Shown: in pieces, positions 8,659-17,910 of the stretch
How positions within the stretch are numbered: position 1 is the stretch's first letter
How the letters are laid out: every line of letters begins with the position of its first letter
Assembly: GCA_026707815.1 (NCBI GenBank)
Contig: JAPOWB010000004.1
Span: forward strand, 1-34,866
Direction of reading: 5' to 3'
Source: Candidatus Saccharimonadota bacterium
GTDB lineage: Bacteria > Patescibacteriota > Saccharimonadia > Saccharimonadales > VXPC01
DNA: 34,866 nt
Made by a program: the position numbers and the translations under genes
Notes under the pieces: generated by a model
Told to the model about the DNA's origin: nothing
Seen by the model: only the letters and a program-made list of their open reading frames with translations
Database searches by the model: none

Positions 8659-10182
8659 TTAGCCCTCTGAGGTAACACTTGGAGTCACCAGATAATCTAT
8701 AATTCTGGTCATAATCTCCTCAAAAGACTCTTCGTGTTCAGTCTTCAGATTCCCCAACTTATCAAAACAACCCCTAGGTCCGTCTCTTTTACACTTGCAA
8801 TCACACTTTTTGTCGCATTTGGAGCATCTGTTCTTGTCTCTGATGTCTTCGGTAGGCAACTGAAAGAATCTAAATCCCTCTTTTCTTAGAAACTTTTTCC
8901 GAGCTTTCGCTATAGCCTCCGATTCGCTAGCGCCACCGTCATATAATGCTGCCACCCTCCCTATTCTCAAATCTTTAGCCATCGCCAGAAGTTTCTCTAT
9001 CTTTTGGAAACCACCCGCACCATACCCGAATATATTGAGGGTTATACCTCCTCGGTTTTTAGCCAACCATTTTCGTATTAGCCCGACATCTTCCTGACCC
9101 TCTACAAAGAGAATGCTATTGGCAAACATTATTTCTTTGGCCACCGTATCCATGAGTTGTGGTTTCATCCACTCTTCTTTAATCAGCGAGGGGGTATATT
9201 TGGCAGGCTTTTTGAGTTCCGAAATCACGCATCTCCCATCATCGATCTTATTAAGCCTGACGAATTTTGCACCATTCTTATAATCATTCCAGTTCACGAA
9301 ATAAGGGGAATGGGTGCAGACTATTATTTGTTTGTTTGCCGATGACTCCGAGATCAGTCTGGCCAATCCGGACTGGGCTACTGGATGCAAAGACAGTTCA
9401 GGTTCATCTATGATTAGCACGGGAACTTCATCGGGCTTATCATCCATGAGGTGTAGGCAAATTCGGAAAAGCGACAATGTGCCGTCACCGAGCAAATCAG
9501 CCCTATGTGCGCCCTTACTGGTTACATATTCCAAATAATCTTGGTTGTCTGACCCGGTGTCTATATCCCAATCCGTGAAACCTGGGATTAAGGTTTTTAG
9601 CATATCGTCCAGTCTTTGCTTTTTATCTTTATCGTCACGTATACTACCCAGCTTTCTGAATGTCAGACTATCGCCCGTGGCTTGACGCAGTTTCATGTAG
9701 TTCGTAACCTGATTCCCGTATTCCGGGAAATCCCGAGTTCCATACCGCGATAAGTCATCGACAATAGACCAGTGTCTCCTTGAGGCAACAGCCTCCAAGT
9801 TCGGTGCTGGAATGTTAGCAATCTCGCCATTGTCATTGTAAATTGTATAGTCTCGGTATGACCCCTTGCCCTGATTGGTAATCGCTACCCTGTATCTACC
9901 ATGAGAAGAATTTTCAAAGCATATATTTATCTTTGGTTTATTGTTCTCGTGTCTATCTGGCTGTCTAAATTTTTGTAAGTTATCTTGCCGCATTTGCAAC
10001 AGCGCCTCTAGTACTGATGTCTTACCAGCATTGTTCGGACCCACGACTAAGGTTAGTCCACTCCCTGGCTTGCCGGCAGGTATTCCGAAGTTAAACGATT
10101 GCTCGTCAAAGAAACCCCTGTAGTGTTCGATTTTAAGTTTTGTCAGTCGTTGTTTTTCAGAATCTTGCATAAAGAGTACCAC
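8659..10182 (-). CDS. OLD-family ATP-dependent nuclease (ABC ATPase + TOPRIM)
   Basis: Walker A GPNNAGKTS, LGDG, IIDEPELSLHP, CTHS, TOPRIM FVEGQED; Cys-rich tail CSKCDKKCDCKC. Confidence 0.85.
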   Translation of the reverse strand: MVLFMQDSEKQRLTKLKIEHYRGFFDEQSFNFGIPAGKPGSGLTLVVGPNNAGKTSVLEALLQMRQDNLQKFRQPDRHENNKPKINICFENSSHGRYRVAITNQGKGSYRDYTIYNDNGEIANIPAPNLEAVASRRHWSIVDDLSRYGTRDFPEYGNQVTNYMKLRQATGDSLTFRKLGSIRDDKDKKQRLDDMLKTLIPGFTDWDIDTGSDNQDYLEYVTSKGAHRADLLGDGTLSLFRICLHLMDDKPDEVPVLIIDEPELSLHPVAQSGLARLISESSANKQIIVCTHSPYFVNWNDYKNGAKFVRLNKIDDGRCVISELKKPAKYTPSLIKEEWMKPQLMDTVAKEIMFANSILFVEGQEDVGLIRKWLAKNRGGITLNIFGYGAGGFQKIEKLLAMAKDLRIGRVAALYDGGASESEAIAKARKKFLRKEGFRFFQLPTEDIRDKNRCSKCDKKCDCKCKRDGPRGCFDKLGNLKTEHEESFEEIMTRIIDYLVTPSVTSEG

Positions 10183-10199
10183 CTAGTATTCTACCATAG

Positions 10200-10610
10200 T
10201 TGAACAACTCAAAGATAAGCCGACAAATCAGCACCAAAGAAGCTCAACTTGTAAAAGCCGTTGAACTCAGACTCAATGATGAAATAGATGAAAGTGAGCT
10301 TAAAACTATTAGAATTAAAAACAAAGACAGCCTAGACAAACTTCAATCACAGCTTGATTCTATCAATAAACTTTTAAGCCAAGAATCTAATCAAGTCTTA
10401 GATTTGGCTTCAATTATAAATGAATGCATTCACCTCTATAAATTAGCCAACAAACAAGAAAAAGGTTCGATACTTAAAATTGTCTGTTCGAACCTCTTTT
10501 TTGACGGCAAAAATATTAATTTACATCTGTCAAATCCCTTCAATTTGCTACAAGAATGTCATACTAGTTCACTATGGCGACTCCAAGTGAATCTATTTCG
10601 AACACTCTGA
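10200..10610 (+). pseudogene. C-terminal relic of a large serine recombinase
   Basis: Coiled coil then YKLANKQEKGSILKIVCSNLFFDGK...PFNLL...W..FRT, typical of serine-integrase tails; no catalytic domain. Confidence 0.7.
10575..10589 (+). other. Putative left attachment junction
   Basis: TGGCGACTCCA vs TGGTGACCCCA (32973, tRNA 3' end antisense): 9/11, same orientation. Confidence 0.55.
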
Positions 10611-10709
10611 CTCATTATATTGAATTATTCAATGATTTAGAAAAGAAATGTAATTTTGAATTAAACAAGAACCAAGAATTAACTTGTTTTATTTGCGAAA
10701 GGGGTTGCA

Positions 10710-11174
10710 ATGTTTAGTTTCTTACATAATCCGTCTCCTCAGCAACAACTATTATCTTCTAAGCTTTATAGTGAGGCAAACTTTTATAAAGCTTTTATCA
10801 AAGATTTAAAACAAGCCAAAAGAAACATTATCATTGACAGCTCTTATCTGACAGAGACAAGGGTCAAATATTTAGCTCCCTTACTTCAAAAATTAACCAA
10901 ACGCAAAATCAAAGTCAGAATCAATACACGAGATTTTGACCATCACAACCATGCTATGAGGCTTCAAGCCTGCAAGGCTCTCCAAATTCTCAAAACAACC
11001 GGAGTCAATGTCTATGCTTACAAAGACAGACGGCATTTTAAATTAGCCATCATAGACAAAGCTATTCTTTGGGAAGGTAGCCTCAATATTTTGTCTCACT
11101 CCAACAGCCGAGAAGTCATGCGTCGCAGTCAATCATCCAAACTGTGTCACCGGATGATTAAATTTATTAACTAA
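10710..11174 (+). CDS. Single-domain PLD-like (Nuc-type) nuclease
   Basis: HKD motif HFKLAIID followed by WEGSLN. Confidence 0.85.
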   Translation: MFSFLHNPSPQQQLLSSKLYSEANFYKAFIKDLKQAKRNIIIDSSYLTETRVKYLAPLLQKLTKRKIKVRINTRDFDHHNHAMRLQACKALQILKTTGVNVYAYKDRRHFKLAIIDKAILWEGSLNILSHSNSREVMRRSQSSKLCHRMIKFIN

Positions 11175-11192
11175 CTAAGATATACTAAAATT

Positions 11193-11408
11193 ATGAATGG
11201 CTATAAGATTACGGAAAAAGACATCCAAACTGTCATCAATTTTTTAAAGCGAGAAGATCCGAATAACGCCAACCGCCAGTATGCCCTCGAAGTGCTAGAA
11301 ATCCTTCATGCTACCATTAAAACCGCCGTTTCAAACGACCCCGACTTTGCCGAAGAACTATACAAAGCCCTCAAGCAAAAGCAGGGCTCAGACAAACAAA
11401 AAGACTAA
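11193..11408 (+). CDS. Small hypothetical protein
   Basis: 71-aa helical ORF co-oriented with the PLD gene. Confidence 0.7.
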   Translation: MNGYKITEKDIQTVINFLKREDPNNANRQYALEVLEILHATIKTAVSNDPDFAEELYKALKQKQGSDKQKD

Positions 11409-11620
11409 AAAGGCAGAATATCTGAAGCCTGAACTTTCAAAGCTTTGACCAATAAACCAAGCGTAAATATATTAGGAGTTGTCTCCCCTCTCTCAATTCG
11501 AGCATAATGACTAACATTAAGCCCCGTCTTTTCAGCCAACTCCAACTGAGTCAAACCTTTACTGAGCCTAACTTTCCTTAAATTCTTACCGATTGTTCTA
11601 ACTAGCTTATCCTGATTCAT
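11405..11620 (-). CDS. XRE-family helix-turn-helix regulator
   Basis: IGKNLRKVRLSKGLTQLELAEKTGL...ARIERGETTP. Confidence 0.92.
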   Translation of the reverse strand: MNQDKLVRTIGKNLRKVRLSKGLTQLELAEKTGLNVSHYARIERGETTPNIFTLGLLVKALKVQASDILPF

Positions 11621-11806
11621 ACTAAGACCCAGTATATCTTAAAAGACCAAGACCCACCAACAAACAAAACAAACCAAACTTTAAATACAAAGAGAACTCG
11701 TTATTACCCACTCATTCTATACATAATCCCCCAAAAAGCAAATAAATCTCACCCAACAGATATAAACACTCCAAAACCCAACCACTGCAAACCGAAAAAC
11801 AACCTA

Positions 11807-11911
11807 AAATAACAAAATATAGCTAAATTAGAACAAAAAATGCCACTTCTAGAACAAATTAGACCTGCTTTGGAACAAAAATAATCAGATTTAGGACATA
11901 AACCCAAATTT
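11807..11911 (+). repeat. 21-bp-period iteron-like array (4-5 units, core TTAGAACAAA)
   Basis: Cores at 11828 TTAGAACAAA, 11849 CTAGAACAAA, 11870 TTGGAACAAA, 11891 TTAGGACATA; partial at 11807 AAATAACAAA. Confidence 0.6.
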
Positions 11912-12054
11912 ATTGAGATCTAATTTAGGTTTGAATTGAATTATTAGCCCACCTAACAACTATATTTATGTTAGACTTCGATTAGGCTTGGTGTTATTTT
12001 GCCTGAATCGCAATAACGCTAAATCAATGTTCAGGCTGTCTAATAAATAATGAT

Positions 12055-14289
12055 ATGAAACTAAATAAAATACAGTACATAAACTTTGCCAGTTTTAAGG
12101 ATTTTGAATGTAGCAAAGACACTAAAGAATTCAGAAATATAAATATCATTTTGGGATGGAACGGCTCGGGTAAGACAACTCTATCTAAGGTTTTACGTTC
12201 CCTAGAATTAGAATTGCCCGAGGAAGGTATGAGCTTCCAATTAAAAATAGATTCAAGAAGATACACCGAATCTAACATGCCCCCGAATTCAACAAGCAAG
12301 ATAAGAGTGTTCAATAATGATTATGTGAAAAAGGTATTAGCATCTAATTCAGCAATCCCCTATGTATTTTACATCGGAGAAGAGGGTGTTGATTATGCCG
12401 AAAAAGAGCAAGAGTTACAAAGTAAGCAAGATAACTTAGACGGGCTGAAGTGTGATGCTGATAATCATGACCGTATAGCGACGGACACAGCTGGAAGAAT
12501 AAGAGATGTCGCAGGAATTAATATAATTCCTCGACCTCTTTCCGATGGTAAATATGGCGATTATGACAAAAGGGATTTTATATACCGCATTAAGTTTTTC
12601 GAGAATGAATTTGAAAAAGAAGGGTCGAAAATGCTCCCGGCGCAATACATAGAGAAAACCTATTTATTAACAGAGGATGAAGTAAAGAATTTCAGGAAGC
12701 AAATAAACAATTCTGAGCAGTTTAACAAAGTTGAACAGAAAACTAAGGAGATAATCGGCTGGATTAAAGATAATGAAGAACCCCTAAATTCCCTTTTGCA
12801 AAAGACCCCCGAACGGAGATCATCACAACGCATTGAAGATATGGATGCGGCGGAACAAGAATGGGTGCAATTAGGTGTAGGCATTCATTTCCCTGATAAT
12901 GACAACGATCCCAGGACAAAATGCTTGTTTTGTGCTTCGGATATTAAAAACGAAGAGGAGCTTCGTCTACACTTTTCTAAAGAAGTACTTGAGTTATCAG
13001 GCAGGTTGGAGGGCTTCGAAAAACAGATTGCCGAACATCAACAAACGCTAAATAATTTATCCGTTATAGATGCCGACCAGAAGACAACCATTAAAACTTT
13101 GAATGACCATCTTGATTCAGTACTTGAAAAAGTAAAAGAAAAAAGTGAACAAATTCCTGCTGCTTTAGACCCCTTGGAGCCATTCAATCCTAAACACCTT
13201 ACAAAGACCAATATTCCCGAAACAAGAACAGCGAACAGAGAACAATTTTGGGCTCAAAAGATTGAGTGTCATTATGTCGCGAAAGTAGTCGGGAAATATT
13301 TAGACGAAAAACAGCAATACGAAAAATGTGAAGAAGAACGCGGGGAATTATCACAAGAGATAGAAAAGTTAAACGAAGAGGTAGCTGAACTTAGGCTTAA
13401 AGCTCAGAATAAGCATGAAGCAGCGCAAAAGTTGAGTGATACATTTAAAGCTATTTTCCCATACGGACAAATAACAATACAGGATAATGATGAAAATACA
13501 GGGTACAAGCTCACAAGGGGTGGTGTTCCTTGCGATTTATCCAGTTTAAGCGAAGGAGAACACAATTTGCTGGCTCTGATGTATTTCTTAATTGCATTGA
13601 ACGATGAGAATCGTAAATTAGATGATAATGCCCTAATCGTCATTGACGACCCTATATCCAGCCTAGATAAGAACTCCATCTACCAAATTTTCTCTCTCAT
13701 AGTAGATGAAATTGAGAAGAATAAAGATAGCCGACAATACATTCTAATGACACATAGCTTAGATTTTCTGGGACATCTGCTTGAGCATTACAGAAAGAAA
13801 ATCAACGAACAGGAAGAAGAAAAGCAGACTGTCTGCCTCTACAACGTATCTTTATCTTCCGAGGGCTCGGAGATTACAAATATGAACAGTTTGTTACAGA
13901 AATATAAGTCTGATTACTATTATTTGTTTGACATCTTAAGGCGGAAGTTAAAAGGTTGTCCACCCGAAGAGAACTACTTAATAGCTAATCTTTTGAGAAG
14001 ATGGCTGGAAACTTTTCTCAACTTCAAATTTTCGTCTGACGGGAATTTCCAAGGTCTTTTAAGTAAAGCTCATAAAACAAGCGGGCTAGATCAAGACTCC
14101 AACTATCAGATAACAGCGTTGCGCAGATTCCTTGATTCTGGCTCCCATGGACTACCAGACACAGAAACATCAAACAACAGTCTCTTTGAGGATGATGTGA
14201 CCTCAATGATAAAGATGGCTTTTAAGCTGGTTGAAAAGACAGACAAGGATCACTTCTCTAAATTAAAGAAGGTGCTAGGTGAAACTTGA
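12055..14289 (+). CDS. AAA_13 / RloC-like ABC ATPase with zinc hook and C-terminal nuclease-like domain
   Basis: GWNGSGKTT, coiled coil with CLFC, LSEGE, IVIDDPISSLD, MTH; C-terminal RRWLE...RFLDSGSH. Confidence 0.8.
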   Translation: MKLNKIQYINFASFKDFECSKDTKEFRNINIILGWNGSGKTTLSKVLRSLELELPEEGMSFQLKIDSRRYTESNMPPNSTSKIRVFNNDYVKKVLASNSAIPYVFYIGEEGVDYAEKEQELQSKQDNLDGLKCDADNHDRIATDTAGRIRDVAGINIIPRPLSDGKYGDYDKRDFIYRIKFFENEFEKEGSKMLPAQYIEKTYLLTEDEVKNFRKQINNSEQFNKVEQKTKEIIGWIKDNEEPLNSLLQKTPERRSSQRIEDMDAAEQEWVQLGVGIHFPDNDNDPRTKCLFCASDIKNEEELRLHFSKEVLELSGRLEGFEKQIAEHQQTLNNLSVIDADQKTTIKTLNDHLDSVLEKVKEKSEQIPAALDPLEPFNPKHLTKTNIPETRTANREQFWAQKIECHYVAKVVGKYLDEKQQYEKCEEERGELSQEIEKLNEEVAELRLKAQNKHEAAQKLSDTFKAIFPYGQITIQDNDENTGYKLTRGGVPCDLSSLSEGEHNLLALMYFLIALNDENRKLDDNALIVIDDPISSLDKNSIYQIFSLIVDEIEKNKDSRQYILMTHSLDFLGHLLEHYRKKINEQEEEKQTVCLYNVSLSSEGSEITNMNSLLQKYKSDYYYLFDILRRKLKGCPPEENYLIANLLRRWLETFLNFKFSSDGNFQGLLSKAHKTSGLDQDSNYQITALRRFLDSGSHGLPDTETSNNSLFEDDVTSMIKMAFKLVEKTDKDHFSKLKKVLGET

Positions 14290-14390
14290 CAGTTATACAT
14301 TCAGTTCAAAATAAGCTTCAGCCCATGATGAAATTTTCACATCAACCAGCTATCTCTCAAATAAAGAGTTAAACCTCATCACTGATTGAT

Positions 14391-14996
14391 GTGTATAATA
14401 ACAGTTACTTGTTGCATTTAAGCAATTTAATGGATTACAATTTGGTCATAACTATCACGATTAGCCTTTTCTCTGTCCTTGTGACAATCATAGTCACTGA
14501 ATATATCAGATATATCTTAAATAAAGAATATAATGGAATAGTCTTAGCCAACTTTGTCAACAGCTGTATTGAAATCAGTGATGGATTAGAAAAAGCTATT
14601 AAAAAAGGAGAGCCAGAAAAAATGCTCTCAGTAATTAAAATGTTTAGCAAATTGAAACATGAATATCTTAAAAATATTAGAACAGACTTAATTACGAGAT
14701 ATTTTTTTGAACAGAGAATATTTAAAAAAATGAGGGTCAAAACATTAACTAAGAAGGATTTAGAGTTTAATAAAAAATCCTTATTCGAATCTGCCCAGAC
14801 GATTAAATTATCTATTTTAGATATGAGTCAAATTAAGAATATTAAAGAATTGAAACTTGAAAAAGGCGAAGGAAATTCATGGCGGATAATGATAAAGAAT
14901 AAGTACGGGTTTCCTTGCAAGTTTTCCGGTAGTTATTCCTCCAAAAAGAAAGCTAAACAGGTCTTAAAGAGAATTAAAAAGCATCAGGTTGATTAA
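14391..14996 (+). CDS. Hypothetical membrane-anchored basic protein
   Basis: One TM helix near the N-terminus; start uncertain. Confidence 0.6.
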   Translation: MYNNSYLLHLSNLMDYNLVITITISLFSVLVTIIVTEYIRYILNKEYNGIVLANFVNSCIEISDGLEKAIKKGEPEKMLSVIKMFSKLKHEYLKNIRTDLITRYFFEQRIFKKMRVKTLTKKDLEFNKKSLFESAQTIKLSILDMSQIKNIKELKLEKGEGNSWRIMIKNKYGFPCKFSGSYSSKKKAKQVLKRIKKHQVD

Positions 14997-15057
14997 TACC
15001 TAGCTCTGTCAAAACACGTGATAGGTTGAAGATTTTTGTTTTTTGTTATATTAGCAT

Positions 15058-17910
15058 CTAATTTAAAAACTCTGTTGTCTCAAGGTCTGGAGTATCTACC
15101 ATAAAAACATCTATTAAATTCATAACTTCCTTTTTAACCCTTTCAATGATTGGTCGCCTCTTAAGAATTCGTGGCTTATTATTTAATATATTGGCAATTT
15201 CCTCATTAAGGGGTTCACGACCATGAAACATGAAGTTTGCAATAATTTCTTCTAGTTTCTGTCTGTCAATATTTTCACTTTCGCAAAATTGATTAAAAGC
15301 TAACTGCTTCTCTTCTTCCCAATAATCAACGAATTTTTCTAAAACTTGTTCTGGGTCTTCAATTATTGGCAAACTATTGTCTATGAATTTTTTAATCAAT
15401 CCTTGCTTGCTTCTTAAAACTACTTCGCTAGATATAAGTGTTAATATTTGTTCTTTTTGCCGTTGAATTTCTAGTTCAGATTTCATTTTATTCATCTTAG
15501 ATATGAGTTTAAGGATATAAGCTACGTTAATGTTATCTCTATGGATTAACTCAACTTCAAAATCAACATCTTCAAGAATAGATGCCTGCTCTTTCTGAGT
15601 GTCTGTCCTGACTTTATCCCATATGTCCAGATATTTACTTTTGTAATCCTCAAACTGTTGTTCGGCAATATTCAGATCAGAAAATTTAAAATCAGAAAAT
15701 CCAATCAAATCGTTCATAAATCTCAATAAATTTCTAAAAGCTTGGACAAACCGCATTTCATCGTCTTCCGATGGTAATTTATTCACGCTTTCAACGGTTG
15801 GGGTGATTGAATATAAAATTTCAATAGCTTCATTAAATTTATCAACATAGTAACTATATGGTTCTGTAAAAATAATTTCAGGGGCATCTTTATTAGAATA
15901 TAAAGCTATAGCATCATCTGTGTTCTTTTTTAAATTTCTAAAGCAAACAATATTGCCATGGGATTTCCTTTCATTAAGAATGCGATTAGTTCTAGAAAAA
16001 GCTTGAATTAAACCGTGATAGCGTAAGTTTTTATCTACATATAAGGTATTTAAATGAGGGCTATCGAAACCAGTTAGAAACATATTGACCACTAACAAAA
16101 TATCAATTTCCTGATTTCTTACTCTTTTGGCAATATTTTGATAATAATCGTAATAAAGCTTTCCATCTTTAGTCGAATAGGCAGTATCAAACATCTTATT
16201 ATAGTCATCAATAAATTCGTCTAATTTTTCGCGAAAATGAGTATTAATCTTTTTGCTTTCAATAACAGACAAAACATCATCTTCTAGCAACTCGTTATCC
16301 TCTTCACTTTCCTGATTAGCTCCATAAGAGAATATAGTAGCTACTTTTAAATCATGCTTACCTTCACTCTTCTTGGTTTGAAAAAGCTCATAATATTTAA
16401 TCAGGACATCGATTGAATTGACGCATAAAATGGCTGTAAAAACTTTGCTATGAGTTTTACGATCATGATTGACTAAAATATAATCGATAATTTTTTCAAT
16501 CCTCTTTCTTGACTCCATTAATTCTTTGGTATCTATAGCCTCAACTTCAATATCTATTTCATTATTGCTAGAAATTTGCCTATATCTGCCGACGTATTCA
16601 TTAGAAAATCTAAGCACGTTTTCGTCCTTTATGGCATCGGTAATCGTATAACGATGCAGTTGTTTATCAAATAAATCCTTGGTGGTTTTCTTGCTGATGG
16701 CATTTTCCGCTAGGATAGGTGTTCCAGTAAAACCGAACATTTGTGATTTTAAGAAATGGTTTTTAATTTTGGCGTGAGTTTCACCGAATTGGCTGCGATG
16801 ACATTCATCAAAAATAAGAACGACCCTTTTATTTTTTAGTTTTTCCATAATATTTTGATGACGACTATAAGAAACAGCATTGTTCAATTTTTGTATAGTA
16901 GTAACAATTAATTTAGTGTTGTCTGTTAATTGTTTGACTAAGGCTTTTGTATTGTCTGTGGCATCAGCAGAATTGGCTTTGTAAGCATTAAATTCCTGAA
17001 TTGTCTGATAATCCAAATCTTTGCGATCAACTACAAAAATAATCTTTTTTATTTCAGGCAAAGCAGATAATAGTTGGCTGGCTTTAAAGGAGGTTAAAGT
17101 TTTCCCCGAACCAGTAGTATGCCAAATATAGCCGTTTTTATCTGAGTTTAATACTCTATCAATAATTGATTCTACTGCGTAATATTGATAAGGTCGCAAA
17201 ACCATCAATTTTCTCTCAGTTTCATTTAAGACTGTATATTGAGCGATCATTTTTGACATATGGCAGGGTTCTAAGAAAATATCTGTAAACTCACTTAATT
17301 GAGTGACGGAAACATTATCTTTATCTGACCAGTAAAAAGTCTGTTTAAAAAACCGCCTTTTATTATTAGCATAATATTTGGTGTTAACTCCATTACTAAT
17401 TACAAAAAATTGAATGTATTGGAATAAGCCATAACCAGCACTATAAGAGTGTTGTTGGTAGCGTTTAGTTTGCTTAAAAGCCTCCTTGAGTTCTAAGCCC
17501 CGCCTCTTCAACTCTATTTGCACCAACGGTAAGCCATTCACTAATAGAGTAACGTCATATCTGTTTTTATACCTTCCCTCCATCTCTATTTGTTGGGCAA
17601 CTTGAAAAATATTTTTGCACCATTTATCTATGTCAAAAAATTCAATCCATTCTAAATCACCATTGTCGCGAGTAAGTTGCATCTTGTCTCGCAAAATCTT
17701 CGATCTCTCAAAAATATTGCCTTTATTTAAATGATTTAAAATATAACTGAACTCCTTATCGCTAAAAACAGTTTGATTATGTTTGCTAAGCTGGATTCTC
17801 AAATTAGCTACAATGTCAGCTTCATCTTTAATTTCAATTTTGCCGTAACCCAAATCAACTAATTGATTAATCAGTTTCCTTTCTAGTATTGCCTCTGACT
17901 CCCTGTTCAT
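15058..17910 (-). CDS. hsdR: Type I restriction endonuclease subunit R
   Basis: LPLVQIELK, HTTGSGKT, DECHR, FLTGFD, QAFSRTNR; ATG 17910 overlaps the hsdS stop (ATGA). Confidence 0.95.
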   Translation of the reverse strand: MNRESEAILERKLINQLVDLGYGKIEIKDEADIVANLRIQLSKHNQTVFSDKEFSYILNHLNKGNIFERSKILRDKMQLTRDNGDLEWIEFFDIDKWCKNIFQVAQQIEMEGRYKNRYDVTLLVNGLPLVQIELKRRGLELKEAFKQTKRYQQHSYSAGYGLFQYIQFFVISNGVNTKYYANNKRRFFKQTFYWSDKDNVSVTQLSEFTDIFLEPCHMSKMIAQYTVLNETERKLMVLRPYQYYAVESIIDRVLNSDKNGYIWHTTGSGKTLTSFKASQLLSALPEIKKIIFVVDRKDLDYQTIQEFNAYKANSADATDNTKALVKQLTDNTKLIVTTIQKLNNAVSYSRHQNIMEKLKNKRVVLIFDECHRSQFGETHAKIKNHFLKSQMFGFTGTPILAENAISKKTTKDLFDKQLHRYTITDAIKDENVLRFSNEYVGRYRQISSNNEIDIEVEAIDTKELMESRKRIEKIIDYILVNHDRKTHSKVFTAILCVNSIDVLIKYYELFQTKKSEGKHDLKVATIFSYGANQESEEDNELLEDDVLSVIESKKINTHFREKLDEFIDDYNKMFDTAYSTKDGKLYYDYYQNIAKRVRNQEIDILLVVNMFLTGFDSPHLNTLYVDKNLRYHGLIQAFSRTNRILNERKSHGNIVCFRNLKKNTDDAIALYSNKDAPEIIFTEPYSYYVDKFNEAIEILYSITPTVESVNKLPSEDDEMRFVQAFRNLLRFMNDLIGFSDFKFSDLNIAEQQFEDYKSKYLDIWDKVRTDTQKEQASILEDVDFEVELIHRDNINVAYILKLISKMNKMKSELEIQRQKEQILTLISSEVVLRSKQGLIKKFIDNSLPIIEDPEQVLEKFVDYWEEEKQLAFNQFCESENIDRQKLEEIIANFMFHGREPLNEEIANILNNKPRILKRRPIIERVKKEVMNLIDVFMVDTPDLETTEFLN

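Noticed and set aside
8659-10182. Gabija, PARIS or retron assignment for the OLD gene
   Set aside because: No adjacent UvrD helicase, AriB-like partner or reverse transcriptase.
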